Positions 36,347 through 47,358 of a DNA stretch of 64,000 bases are shown here, in pieces (position 1 is the first letter of the stretch; the number at the start of each line of letters is the position of its first letter). The stretch is taken from IMG/VR virus record IMGVR_UViG_3300042988_001938; one strand, 5' to 3'. The DNA is from an uncultured virus (IMG/VR IMGVR_UViG_3300042988_001938). Taxonomy: Duplodnaviria > Heunggongvirae > Uroviricota > Caudoviricetes. The notes below the pieces were generated by a model. It worked only from the letters and a program-made list of their open reading frames with translations. It had not been told where the DNA came from and made no database searches. A program made the position numbers and the translations under genes.

Positions 36347-36419
36347 TCCCCCTGCTGGGATTCGAACCCAGGACCAAAGGTTTTAGAGACCTCTGCTCTG
36401 CCAACTGAGCTACAGGGAG
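36347..36419 (-). tRNA. amber suppressor tRNA (anticodon CUA)
   Basis: CTCCCTG/CAGGGGG acceptor, GCTC/GAGC D arm, GAGGT-CT CTA AA-ACCTT anticodon arm, CTGGG-TTCGAAT-CCCAG T arm. Confidence 0.9.
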
Positions 36420-36451
36420 AGAAAGAGGGAGAACCGAAGTTCTCCTTCTTT

Positions 36452-37252
36452 TTATTTTAACAATGAGGCAATGTCCTCAGCAGAAGCCTTGCTCTTAAGT
36501 TTTCGAACAATCGCCTTAAGCAATGTTGCCTTTGCGCTTGTTGGGTCTGCAAGGGAGAGTGCTTCCTCAAGGACAGCAATTTCGCCCTTTGCTTTCTTTT
36601 GCTTTGGCTGACTAGGTGTTTCCTTCTCAGCTTTTTTTGTCTCAACGAAGTTCTTAGCTGCCTCAACCAATTCTTCATCGGTTGTTGTTTCACGCTGTAA
36701 GGCGTTCACCTTTGCAACGGAAATTTCACCAGCCTCAATCATTTTCTGTACAGCCTTTGGTGCTTCTGCGGCTTTCACAAGGTTGTACTTCTGTGCTTGT
36801 GAATCACCAATTGCAAGTGAGGCAATAATTTCTTTCTTGGTAACTCCAAGTTCAAGCAACTTAGAAATTCCCTTAACCATTTCACTGTTGGTAAGACTGT
36901 GAGAAGCATCACCATCGAGTAACATGGCAGTCACACGCTCCTTCTCATCGCTTGAGCCTGCCATAATGCTCATGTGCGTAATTTTTGCACCATACTTCTC
37001 ATTTGCCAAATTAATGGCAGCTAGTCTACGGTGTCCTGCAGTTAATACATACTGCTCAGTTCCACGGACTTTGTATCCAATCCCTGGGTTTACCTGACCA
37101 GTCTTTGCAAATGACTTTGCGAGTTCGTCAATTCCCTTGAGTTCTTCACGAACGTTGAAGCCTTCCTGAACAATTATGTTTCCGAGTGCTACCTTGATGT
37201 AGTCATTCTTGCTGTTCTTTGGCGTTTCTTGTGCTTCTGCTGTTTTTGACAT
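36452..37252 (-). CDS. ParB/Srx-like N-terminal domain protein
   Basis: GFNVRE...IDELAKS...LTAGHRRLAA. Confidence 0.8.
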   Translation of the reverse strand: MSKTAEAQETPKNSKNDYIKVALGNIIVQEGFNVREELKGIDELAKSFAKTGQVNPGIGYKVRGTEQYVLTAGHRRLAAINLANEKYGAKITHMSIMAGSSDEKERVTAMLLDGDASHSLTNSEMVKGISKLLELGVTKKEIIASLAIGDSQAQKYNLVKAAEAPKAVQKMIEAGEISVAKVNALQRETTTDEELVEAAKNFVETKKAEKETPSQPKQKKAKGEIAVLEEALSLADPTSAKATLLKAIVRKLKSKASAEDIASLLK

Positions 37253-38791
37253 ATTCTTATTTTTTTATTGGTTCACTACTCTAACAATTGATTTCTCAAA
37301 AATCACCAAGCCATATAATTTGACCGAATGAAAATTTTGCCATCATCTAATTTTTTCTCATTTGAGACGCAACCTCCACCCTGAACGTATTCAAGCCAAT
37401 AGGTTACAGCATTGTAGTCCTTTTCCTCACAAATAACGCTCAAGCTCTTGTATGGAAGTAAGTCACCCATTACAGGACATCTTTGAGGAATTGGCTCATC
37501 GTTTGAGTTTTCTTGAATTTTATTCGCTTCATCTGAACCCTCCTTGTAAGGTAGACCTCTGGCTACAATCATTCCGTTTGAAAGTCTCTTATACTCTCCA
37601 CTTGCTGGGTCTGTCATCTTTCCGAAGACATCATCCATTGAAATTCCTAAGTATTTTTCTTCTCTGCTCATGTTACTCTAACAATTGATTTCTCAAAAAT
37701 CACAAGGTTAAATTATCTATAAGAAATTGGGCTATGAGGGTATAATGAATTGAAGGCTCCAAATAATCCAAGGTCAACCTTAACATCAATTGAAATTTGA
37801 ATAAACTCCTTATCGTATTCTTTTTTGTTATTAATCTTAATTCCTTGAACCACCCAGTCACCATAGTGAGTTGTAACAATAATGGAGAGAATAATCCCTT
37901 TGTACGAGTTGTGAAATTTTTCAACCGCATTTTTAACCTCCTCTTCAGTTGGTTTTCCAGCCCCTCTTGACTTTATGCGTTCACGAACTTTAGAATAATT
38001 ACCCTCATAGAATTTTCCATTCTGGTAAAAAAATATCTTTGAGTCCATGAATGGACCATTTGTCATAATGTATACAGGGTCCTTTGTCTGAGGAAGACTT
38101 GCAATTTTTGAATCGAGGTTATAATTTTCTTGTGTCATCTTTCTTAGTGTTTAGTTCACTTCTCTAACAAATGAATTTTCAAAAATCACAAGTTATTGTA
38201 AATTTCTGCTTCCTCCTTAATTTCAATTAGCTCCAACTTAATCTCTTTCATGGAGAGACCTTCACCAGTAGAGAAATATGTTTTATCATTAATTACTTCC
38301 TTAATTTGCTCCTTTGAATATTCTGCATTGAACTCAGAGGTGAATGAGACTTCATGCGTATTCTCATTAACAGTTACATTCTTAATCCAAAACTTGTTTG
38401 CATTAATACTTCTCCATGCGAATGTTCTCTCATGAATCTTTGTATCTGGGGAGAACTTGAGTTTAACAAAAATCTCCTGAACTTCAATTTTATCTCTTGA
38501 TGACATATCTTTCGTGTTTAATCTTCAACTACTTCAAAGACGCAATACCCATAAGTAATCTCTCTTTTTACCTCTTGAATATGAACTGCAGGCTTAATAA
38601 TCCAATCCCTGTCTGAGTATTCGCTCTTAATTTCTTTCAACTTTCCTTTACACTCTTCCTTAGAGGGAGTGAAGGTGTTTTCAATAATGATGTTAAGTTT
38701 CTTGCTCATATTACTCTAACAACTGGAATCTCAAAAATCACAGGGAGAATTTGTTTACAGTTAATTGTTTACTGTAAACAAAAAGGGAGAA

Positions 38792-39553
38792 TCAGGCTGC
38801 AGCAGCAACCTGAATCAACTCACTTTTTCTTAGGGCGAATCCGCTCTTGAATGCTTTGGTGTTATCCGCACCCTTTCCTGTCATTTTCTTGTACTTAAGT
38901 CCGACAACTACGTTTTTCTGGTCTTCGAAGCGCAGGTCTGAAAGGTCTCCGTTAATTACGGTGTAGCCCTTGTATGCTTCTGGTAATTCATCGAACACTA
39001 CCGCTACACTATATCCTTTTGCAAGAATGCGCTCAACGTGTTCTTCATTGCTCTCACTTCGGCTGAATGTAAGGTGGTAGTTAGCAGGAAGAGGTGAATT
39101 GAATCGGAAGTGGTTCTTCGTGTAGTCATAGAATTGAACACTTGGAAACAATTCCATTAAGGACTTGCCGTCAATAACCTTGAACTTCTCCCATGAAAGG
39201 TCACTTGTTCCATTCAGGCGAATGCATACCTTCTCTTCCTTGTTCTCATACTTCTTAACAATTGCGGAAATCTCATTGTACAATTGCATAAGGAATCCTT
39301 TTCTGTCTGCAAGGAAGTAGTTGGTCTTGTTCATGCGAGCCAGTTCTACAGAGTTGAACATGCCTCCGAATCCAGACCCGAATAGGCAAGCCTCAGCGCA
39401 GCCAGCTGTAGCCTGTGGGCAAATGTTAACTCCCTTGTCGTTCTGGTTGAATGGGGACATATATAAAATGAAAGTCTTCCAACCATACTTTTCTCCTTTA
39501 ATTGTCTTAGTATTGTTGGTAGTCAGTAAGTTTTTTGGCTTGTGGTAATTCAT
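38792..39553 (-). CDS. GP88-like phage protein
   Basis: CPQATAGCAEACL, RLNGTSD, QFYDYTK, YHLTFSRSE, GDLSDLRF motifs. Confidence 0.75.
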   Translation of the reverse strand: MNYHKPKNLLTTNNTKTIKGEKYGWKTFILYMSPFNQNDKGVNICPQATAGCAEACLFGSGFGGMFNSVELARMNKTNYFLADRKGFLMQLYNEISAIVKKYENKEEKVCIRLNGTSDLSWEKFKVIDGKSLMELFPSVQFYDYTKNHFRFNSPLPANYHLTFSRSESNEEHVERILAKGYSVAVVFDELPEAYKGYTVINGDLSDLRFEDQKNVVVGLKYKKMTGKGADNTKAFKSGFALRKSELIQVAAAA

Positions 39554-40012
39554 TGCTATACGTTTTGCTTGTTACACTACTCTAACAACCCAAATCTCAA
39601 AAATCACAACAAACAAGTCATACGACTTTCAATGTGTTTAAAGTCTTTTGTAAAACAATTGAAAGCTAATTTTTCAAGTTTGTCAGCCTTGCGTAAACCA
39701 GTAACCATAACATCACAATTAACTCCAAGCACGGCTCTAGGTTGTTCTGTAATTGGACAATATACATATCCAAATATAATTCCAATAATATTCATTGGGC
39801 TTGAATTTGCATGAACTATTTCACCAACCTTGAATTCAAATTCATCTTTATTCAACTCATAAAATCCCTGTTGAACATTGTTGCAAAATTCTAGGTGGTT
39901 TTTTACTATTTCTTGTGCTACTGTTAATTCCATGTTTATTTGTTTGGTTCCAATACTTCTAACAACCCATTTATCAAAAATCACAGAGTGTCTTGACGGG
40001 GTTCACAATAGT

Positions 40013-40080
40013 GCAGGTTCACTTAGAACGACCCTTCGCCCTTCTGTTTCACTGGGAGCCTGTATCGCCTTCGCATCTAC
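40013..40080 (-). ncRNA. small RNA family A copy 2
   Basis: Paralogue of 25662-25735 with a compensatory change in the 5' stem. Confidence 0.5.
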
Positions 40081-43000
40081 ACTACTCTAACAACTAGAAT
40101 TTCAAAAATCACATCAAATCTTTATCAGGTAGTGAGGAACGCTGAAATTCTCAAAGTCATAAACCTTAACAATCTCATTTTCATATTTTCTCTTAAGCCC
40201 TTGAATGGCTTCTCCTACTGTCCAGAACATCTGTCCAGACCACTCACTTTCTGGGTCGAGAACTGTTCGAATCAGTTCCATCTTATCTGGGTGGAACACG
40301 TAGTAATCCATCCCCTCTTCAAGAGGTTTACCGTCCAGAGTAATTTCCCAGTCCATCATTCTGCCGTAGTAGTTAAGCTCTCCATTTTTTGAGTAGGCAC
40401 AAAGGCATAGTTCACTGTCATACATCTCATAGGTTACACTAGGAATATTATCAATGACAATGTTGCCAGAATTGTTTACAGAAACACTTAGTTCAACGTT
40501 TAACACTGCTCTGTATGGTGTTGAAATTTGAATCTTTTTCATACTATTGGGGTTTATAATTTTAGAAAGATGAGGACTTATTCGCCCTCATCCTCATCTT
40601 CTGGGAATTTCTCTTCCTTTTGTTCTTCAGCCCACTCACAAGCGTTGTCATAAACTCTGTGGTTTGCTTGAACGCTGTCTGCGAAGTCATTGAACCAGTC
40701 TAGTTCTTTCATTAGCTGGTAAACTTTCTCGTTATCTGGAAGTAGCAGGAATTCTGTACTGTATTTACTGCAAAGGAAGCATGTAGGTACTTTGCTGGTA
40801 ATTCCGTCTATTTCTCTGTATTCTGGGTGGTTAGCTGGTTTGCCACACCACTTACAATTTGGGGCCTTATTCATGTTCGCCTCCTTCCTCAAACTCAGAG
40901 CCTTCATAGTAGTAGCCCTCACCTTCGACCATAATACTGGCGCTAAACTCGCCTACACCAGAAATCTCCTTTCTCTGGACCAGCTTCTTAAGAAGGGCCA
41001 CGACCTGCTCGACCTGCCATTCTGCATTTTGAACTCTTGGAGAACTTACCTGAAAACACAGCTCCTTATCTCCGACCTCGAAGTCGTATAGCTCATAGTA
41101 GCCGTTTCCTTTCTCTTCTCCCAGAACTTTCTTGAAGCTTTCTTCAACGTTCTCATTTCCTAATAGTTCGTGAACTTTGTTGGCATCCTCTTCATTGTTG
41201 AAGTAAATATTCACATTGCCTTGTGCAAATTGTCCCATGGGGTTTATATTTTTGGGGTTAATAAGATTCAGGAAGGGGTCAAAGCCCCTTCTCTGGTAAG
41301 TAACCCCTAAGCCACCTGTCGTCAACGTGCTTAAGCAATTCGTCAATGGCTGTCAAGTCTCCGCCATTAAAGTCTCTGCGCATCTCTTCAATAACTTGGT
41401 CTACAAGGTCTTGCTTAAGAAACTCATCAACTTCTTCTTGGTCCAGCTCATTGCCATCTTCATCCTCGTAGCAAACGAAGTATAATTCAACATCGCTTAC
41501 AACTTGACCTTCCTTTGCTGTTATGTACTTGGAATTTAGCTGGTCCATCTCGTCCATGTCAAGAATGACATCTTCACCAGCATATCGAATTTCGGAACCT
41601 TCTTCTTCATCAAAGTAGAAACTTGCTTCTGAGAGGACTGGGTTGTCCAGCTCAATTGTTCCGTTAAATTTCTTGTCCTCTTTCTTTGTGAGAACAATGT
41701 CGCTAACACCGTAGCGAACTCTAATGTTTTCTCTTTTCATCTTGTGGGGTTTATATCTATCTAACAACTGGAAGTTCAAAAATCACAAGAACTCACTCTT
41801 CCAATTCAACTTCAACAATAATTTCCTTACCTTCAAAGTCGAATACCAGCTTAACGTCTGGGTTGTCGAAGTCAAAGTCACCTTCTTCCATATCACATCT
41901 GGACAAGAATAGAACTGCCGTTGCTTCCTCTAGGTCTTCAACTGTAAGTTCATAGTTGCAATCCTCATCCTCTGGGAATGTTTCCTCATCTACTTCAAGG
42001 CGTGAGGTAAATGTGAATGCACCACCCTCATCCTCTGGGTTTGTAAAGTCTGTGTGGTATGTATCGAGAATGAAGTTTCTCTTGCCGTCCTTAGAGGTGA
42101 TTGTAACGGCTCCAATGTTAAGGGGGAATCCTTCTGGAATCTGTTCGGTAATTTTGAGTTCTCCGTAGACTCTGGCATACCAGCCATTGGCATCATTTAA
42201 TTTCATAAGAATGGGGTTTTAAAATTTACGACTCTAACAACCCCATTCTCAAAAATCACAACTGTCAGAAAATATCCTCTAGGTCTAATCCTGGGGCTGC
42301 CTGAAAGTCAACTGTTACATGAACTTCTTCACCCTCAAGCCCGTCTACATCTTCTACCTTAACTGGGTACATGTACTCGAACAATGCTTTAAGGTTGTCC
42401 ATATCCATTTCCTTAATGTCAGCAATCATTCGTTGCTCTATGACTTCTTGGCCTACCTGAACTGTCTTGGCCTTAATTTTTAATTCTTCCATGGGGTTTA
42501 TAGGTATTTGTTTAACACTTCGAATTCTTCCTTAGAAATCTCCTTGTAGTCCTCGACCCAAGCGCATATCTCTCCACCGAAGAAGTAAAACTCTTCCTTG
42601 TTCTCGAACCATTGCTCACCTCCGTCATAGAAGTTTTTTGCAATATTTGTGAAGTGCTCATTTGGGTCAACATTACTTGGTAGAGCCTCAACTCTCTTTA
42701 ATTCGAATTCGTACTCACCAGTGCGAACTCCAATAACTCGGAAATAATATTTCATTTGGGGTTTATTTAATGGGTTATTACTCTAACAACTGGAATCTCA
42801 AAAATCACATTCCAATCTCGTCAAGAAGTTCATCAACGGTGAATGACCACTCAACCTTCTCCCACATCATTACAATTTCATCAGCCATGACAGAGCCATC
42901 TATTTTTGCCTGTGCCTCAAGAAGCTGCAAAGCCTCTTCCATGCTGCTGTATAAATCGTCATCATCGCAAATAAGGTGCGACAATCTCTCGCAAGCAATA

Positions 43001-46000
43001 GTACGCTCGTCAGGAATAGTGTCAATAATAGTTTGTAGCTTTTCAGCAAGACTAGAAAAAGCTTGCTTTGGGTCGCTGTTAGACCAATCTGCAGCCGCAT
43101 TGGTGTGCAGCAATTCGTTGAACTCTTTGAGTTCTTTGGCTAAATTTTCCATTTTTTGGGGTTTATTTGGGGTTTAATACTTATCTAACAACTGGAATCT
43201 CAAAAATCACAGGGGTCAGTTTTGCTCCATTTGCTTGTGTATGAGGTCGAGTGCTTGACACTTTAGCTTGAAGTTCAAGGCGTGCAGGTCAAATAGCTCA
43301 TAGAATCTTTGTTCCTCTTGAGGAAGCCAGAAACCTCTCTCGGCTTTAATCCGCTTGAGGTCTCTGAATTCTGTTTGTTCTTCTGGTGTCATCCGAAAAT
43401 GTATTGTTGTGCCTTAACTCTTTGAAGGGGGGTCATTCCTGCTCGCATCATTTTGTTCTTCCAATTCTCCATTGCCTGCGTGTGAGTTATTTCTCCGTCA
43501 CAGTAGAAGTTCTCAGGAGCATGACTTGGCTCAAGAATTAATACAGCTTGCTCAGGGGTTAAGCCTTCTGTTTTAAATCCACCTGCCTTGAGTTCGTCAA
43601 GACATTCTTGACCATACTTCTTGTTGTGTTCCTCAATTTCTTTTTTCCAATCTCTGCCCATTTGTCTAATGTTTTTGTCCACCAATCTAACAACCAGAAT
43701 CTCAAAAATCACAAAGCCCCTTGGCTTATCATCACCAAGAGGCACTTGTAACAACAGCGAACACGTCCTCGCCTCATTCACCGAACTGCTGTTACTTTAG
43801 GGCTTTAATAACTTTGTTAAGAGTCTTATGAAGGTCACTTGTTGGCTCAAGAGACTTGAGAATGACTTTTAATTCATTCATCTCAAGTGGGGTTAATGCA
43901 GGCTCTCTCACCTTATCCCACGCCTTCTCAATTTGCTCTGTCTCTGGTGTTCCAACTCCTGAGCAATCCTCAATATATGCTGTTAGCGCATTGGCAATAA
44001 CTCTCTTTGCTATAATTCTTTTCATGCCTATAAATTTAGAAGTCTGTATCAAGTTGAATATCCTCTTGTCCATCCTCGTATTCAACCTCACATACAAGGA
44101 ATCCAATTCTGTTTACGTAGTGGAATCCTGCACAATAGAACATTGTATCATCATCGCCCTCTACAATTGTCCAAACTCTATTGGTATTTGCAAGACTGAA
44201 AACGTAGTCAAGTTCTTCTCCGAATGTTTCATACATACATCCATTGAAACTTGCGTTGTTGTCAAGGTGGTTGATTTGAGGTTTGAATACCTCATCGAAA
44301 TTATCTTCTGTAACTTTCATCGTGTCGTGTTTTTCTATCTAACAACTGGAATCTCAAAAATCACAAAAGCCCCTTGACTATGAATTTAAAATCTCAATCT
44401 TATAATTTCCTCCTAAGTCTTCCTTGTCCAAGTGTCCTTCTTTTCCTGCTCCGTGCAAGTAAATGTCAACAGCACGCTGCTTGAATTCCTCAATGGTTTC
44501 ACCTTTCTCAAGTCTTACATCAGTTGTAACTTCTGCTGTAATCTTGACTCTTACAAATTCTGGTTCTTCCTCTTCTTCATTGTAGGAGAGAATTTCCTCC
44601 TTTGCTGTTTCAGCGGCATATTCTCCATTAAGAATGTCAGCCATTGTCTGGGCAAGTTCTTCAATGTCGTGTTCGCTCCCGTGCCAGTTCAAAATTTGTT
44701 CTGCTGTAACTTTCATCGTGTTTTATTTTAAAGTTAGATAGTGGGGTTTTAATCCCCCACAGTCATTTGGTCAATTACTTCCCATGAAATCTTTTCAGTA
44801 CAGAACTCTACATCCGAGTATTTGCCATAGGCAACCCACTTAACTCCAAACTCGCTTACATGAATTGTGTCGGCATCCGTTCTAAGAGTTGGAACATCGG
44901 AGAGGTCTACATCCTCAATCTGCCAAACACCCTCGTTGCCCTTTGTGAAATCTTCAAGCTCCTCAACAAGTTCATCAGAAATTTGCTCGTCCTCGAATTC
45001 ATCCTGAGCAAGAAAGTTACATGAGTAGTTGAAGTTGTTCACTTCATAGTTACCCATTGCTTCACGCCCCTTTCTAAGTTTAGAAATTTCCTCTAGTAAA
45101 GTTTTTGTGAATTTGACAACTGCGTAGTTACATCTTGTAAAGTCGTCATCGTTGTCATAGACCTTCAACAGAACAGTTGAAGAGTTCTCCTTGATTTTAA
45201 GTTCCATAATGTGTCGTGTTTTTTTCGTGTTATAACTATCTAACAACTGCAATCTCAAAAATCACAATTAAGAAAGAAGAGGATTTTTTGCGTATTTGTT
45301 ATGGTTTATTTTTGCAAATTCTTCATAGTTGAAGGTTTCAATTCTCCATTCTGCATAGTCTTCAGCAGCTTCATCCCAACAAGAGACATACTTGCCGAAT
45401 TTTTTGTATTTCTCAGAGCGGTATAGGAAAATATCACTTGGGTTTGTTTGTTCTTTACCTTCACTATTAAAGTGAAGTTCTTCCCAATTTGTGTCCTTGT
45501 GTAGGTCAATAAATTCTGAAGCGAACCAAGCCATCGTGTAGGATGTATCGCAAATCCCACCGAAGTCTCCTTCCTCGTTAATAATTTTGTAAAGGCGGTC
45601 AATTCTACCCTCGCATGACATAAGGGCTACAACCATCCCAACCTCTATAGCAACGTCAAGCTGCTCTTTGTTAAGTTTTTTCATCGTGTCGTGTTTTTCT
45701 ATCTAACAACTGATTTTTCAAAAATCACAGAAAACAAAAAAGGGGCTTTCGCCCCTTCATCATTTCTTTGTGTCTATTCTAAAACCAAACGTTCAGAGTA
45801 TAGTGAACATTGCTACATTGATATTCACTTTCCTTAATAACCGTACTGACCAACAAGCCCTCTTGAACGTAGTCAATGCAGTTTTTAGGTTTGGTACTTG
45901 TAGTTAGAAATGTCAAGTAAGTATCTGTTATGGTTTGGTATCCATACAGCGGAATCAAGCTATCCTTGTGTTCCTTTTTGAAGGAATACTTCTCAAACAA

Positions 46001-46646
46001 CTCAGCCTTAAATGTTTTACCGCATCCTACTGGAACTTTCTTGACGAAAACATCATTCTTGAATACATAGACAGAATCTAAACCGCTGTTGAATATATCA
46101 TTGAATGATATAAGAACAAAATCAGTTTCAGGTTTAACCTTATCTTTCTCACAAGAGAAAAGAGAAAAACAAATGGCAAATAAAATAATCAAATTTTTCA
46201 TAATGTGGTTTTTTATAAAATACAAATTTAAAACTTTTATCTCTAACAACTGCAATCTCAAAAATCACAGGCTTAATTTTTTAGTAGGTCGAAGTCAACT
46301 CCAACGCAACCGACAATCTCTGGGTCATCCATATAGTCAAGAGAAATTGTCATACCATCATTAATCATACTGAGGTAAACAAAATGAGCTGCATCAATAA
46401 ATTCTTTTTCTGTTTCAAATCTTTCATGCTCTTCGTAGTTCTTCACCTCAATCACTTGACCAGTGTAAGAGCAAGTTGTAATTACTTGGTTAGCACTTGG
46501 AATATAGGTGAAAATAACTCCTACTCCTATCGGGTGGTAGAACCAGTAATTGCCCTTTTTCGAGAATACCATTGACTTCTTCATGACCCTCTAACAACCT
46601 AAATTTCAAAAATCACGGATATTTTTTAAAAAAAGTCTTGTTTTTT

Positions 46647-46675
46647 TGAAACATCTTTCTTAAATTTGCGTATAC
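46647..46675 (+). promoter_or_regulatory. ECF-type promoter TGAAAC-N16-CGTATAC driving the tRNA cluster
   Basis: Motif precedes + strand RNA genes; overlaps a TAAATTTG host-type element. Confidence 0.65.
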
Positions 46676-46808
46676 AAAAACACTTGGATAGCGAAGAGTA
46701 GAGTTACTTCGAATATTTGGTTCATACCCTGATTAATTCAACACAACACTCTCTCTAATTTTCTTCCGAGTTTTTGTTTTAAAAAAAATATACTATTTAA
46801 AGATACAT

Positions 46809-46881
46809 TGCGGGGTGGAGCAGTTGGCAGCTCGCAAGGCTCATAACCTTGAGGTCGCACGTTCGAGTCGTGCCCCCGCTA
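46809..46881 (+). tRNA. tRNA-Met(CAT), initiator-like
   Basis: TGCGGGG/CCCCGCT with unpaired 1-72; CAAGG-CT CAT AA-CCTTG. Confidence 0.9.
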
Positions 46882-47045
46882 CAAGAAATTAAAAAAATGA
46901 AAAGATTTGTTAACATAGAGGTAGTCGAACGTGAGGAGGAAACTCTTCCGATTGGCTATTCCTTATGTTAACGCCAGATTTCGGGTACGTAAAGTACGCT
47001 TAATCATTGCAAGGGGTAGCCAGTTTGGTTACCCCTTTTTTATTT

Positions 47046-47117
47046 CGCCCATTCGTCTAACGGTTAGGACGTTAGGTTTTCAACCTAAAAACACGAGTTC
47101 GATTCTCGTATGGGTGA
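47046..47117 (+). tRNA. tRNA-Glu(TTC)
   Basis: CGCCCAT/ATGGGTG; TTAGG-TT TTC AA-CCTAA; T arm ACGAG-TTCGATT-CTCGT. Confidence 0.88.
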
Positions 47118-47172
47118 CAAGATGACCATGACAGTTGGTCGGAACCTTACCAGTTCCTTTGGTCATCAAAAT

Positions 47173-47246
47173 GCTATGGTATGCAAATTGGCTAAGCACC
47201 CAGTCCTTCAAACTGGTCTGTGCGGGTTCGAATCCCGTCCATAGTA
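47173..47246 (+). tRNA. atypical tRNA, anticodon TTC (C at position 33)
   Basis: GCTATGG/CCATAGT; CCAGT-CCTTCAA-ACTGG; GCGGG-TTCGAAT-CCCGT. Confidence 0.7.
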
Positions 47247-47255
47247 CAAACATAC

Positions 47256-47329
47256 GTTCCTGTAGAGTAACTGGTTAACTCGTCAGACTTTCAATCTGGA
47301 GATTGCGGGTTCGAACCCCGTCAGGAATG
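47256..47329 (+). tRNA. tRNA-Glu(TTC) with Asp-like body
   Basis: GTTCCTG/CAGGAAT; TCAGA-CT TTC AA-TCTGG; GCGGG-TTCGAAC-CCCGT. Confidence 0.88.
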
Positions 47330-47330
47330 C

Positions 47331-47358
47331 AAAAAGCCCCAGCTGGGGCTTTTTTTTT
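47331..47358. terminator. bidirectional intrinsic terminator
   Basis: AAAAAGCCCCAGCTGGGGCTTTTTT between the convergent tRNA cluster and ORF 47357. Confidence 0.8.

Larger units (their letters stand above)
37303..46584 (-). other. Cassette genes, many acidic (37303-37671, 37713-38138, 38186-38506, 38518-38709, 39604-39933, 40114-40542, 40578-40874, 40867-41238, 41279-41740, 41793-42206, 42265-42492, 42498-42755, 42805-43152, 43389-43661, 43792-44025, 44036-44320, 44378-44716, 44749-45207, 45268-45684, 45779-46201 lipoprotein, 46273-46584)
   Basis: ORFs between array repeats; starts corrected. Confidence 0.7.
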
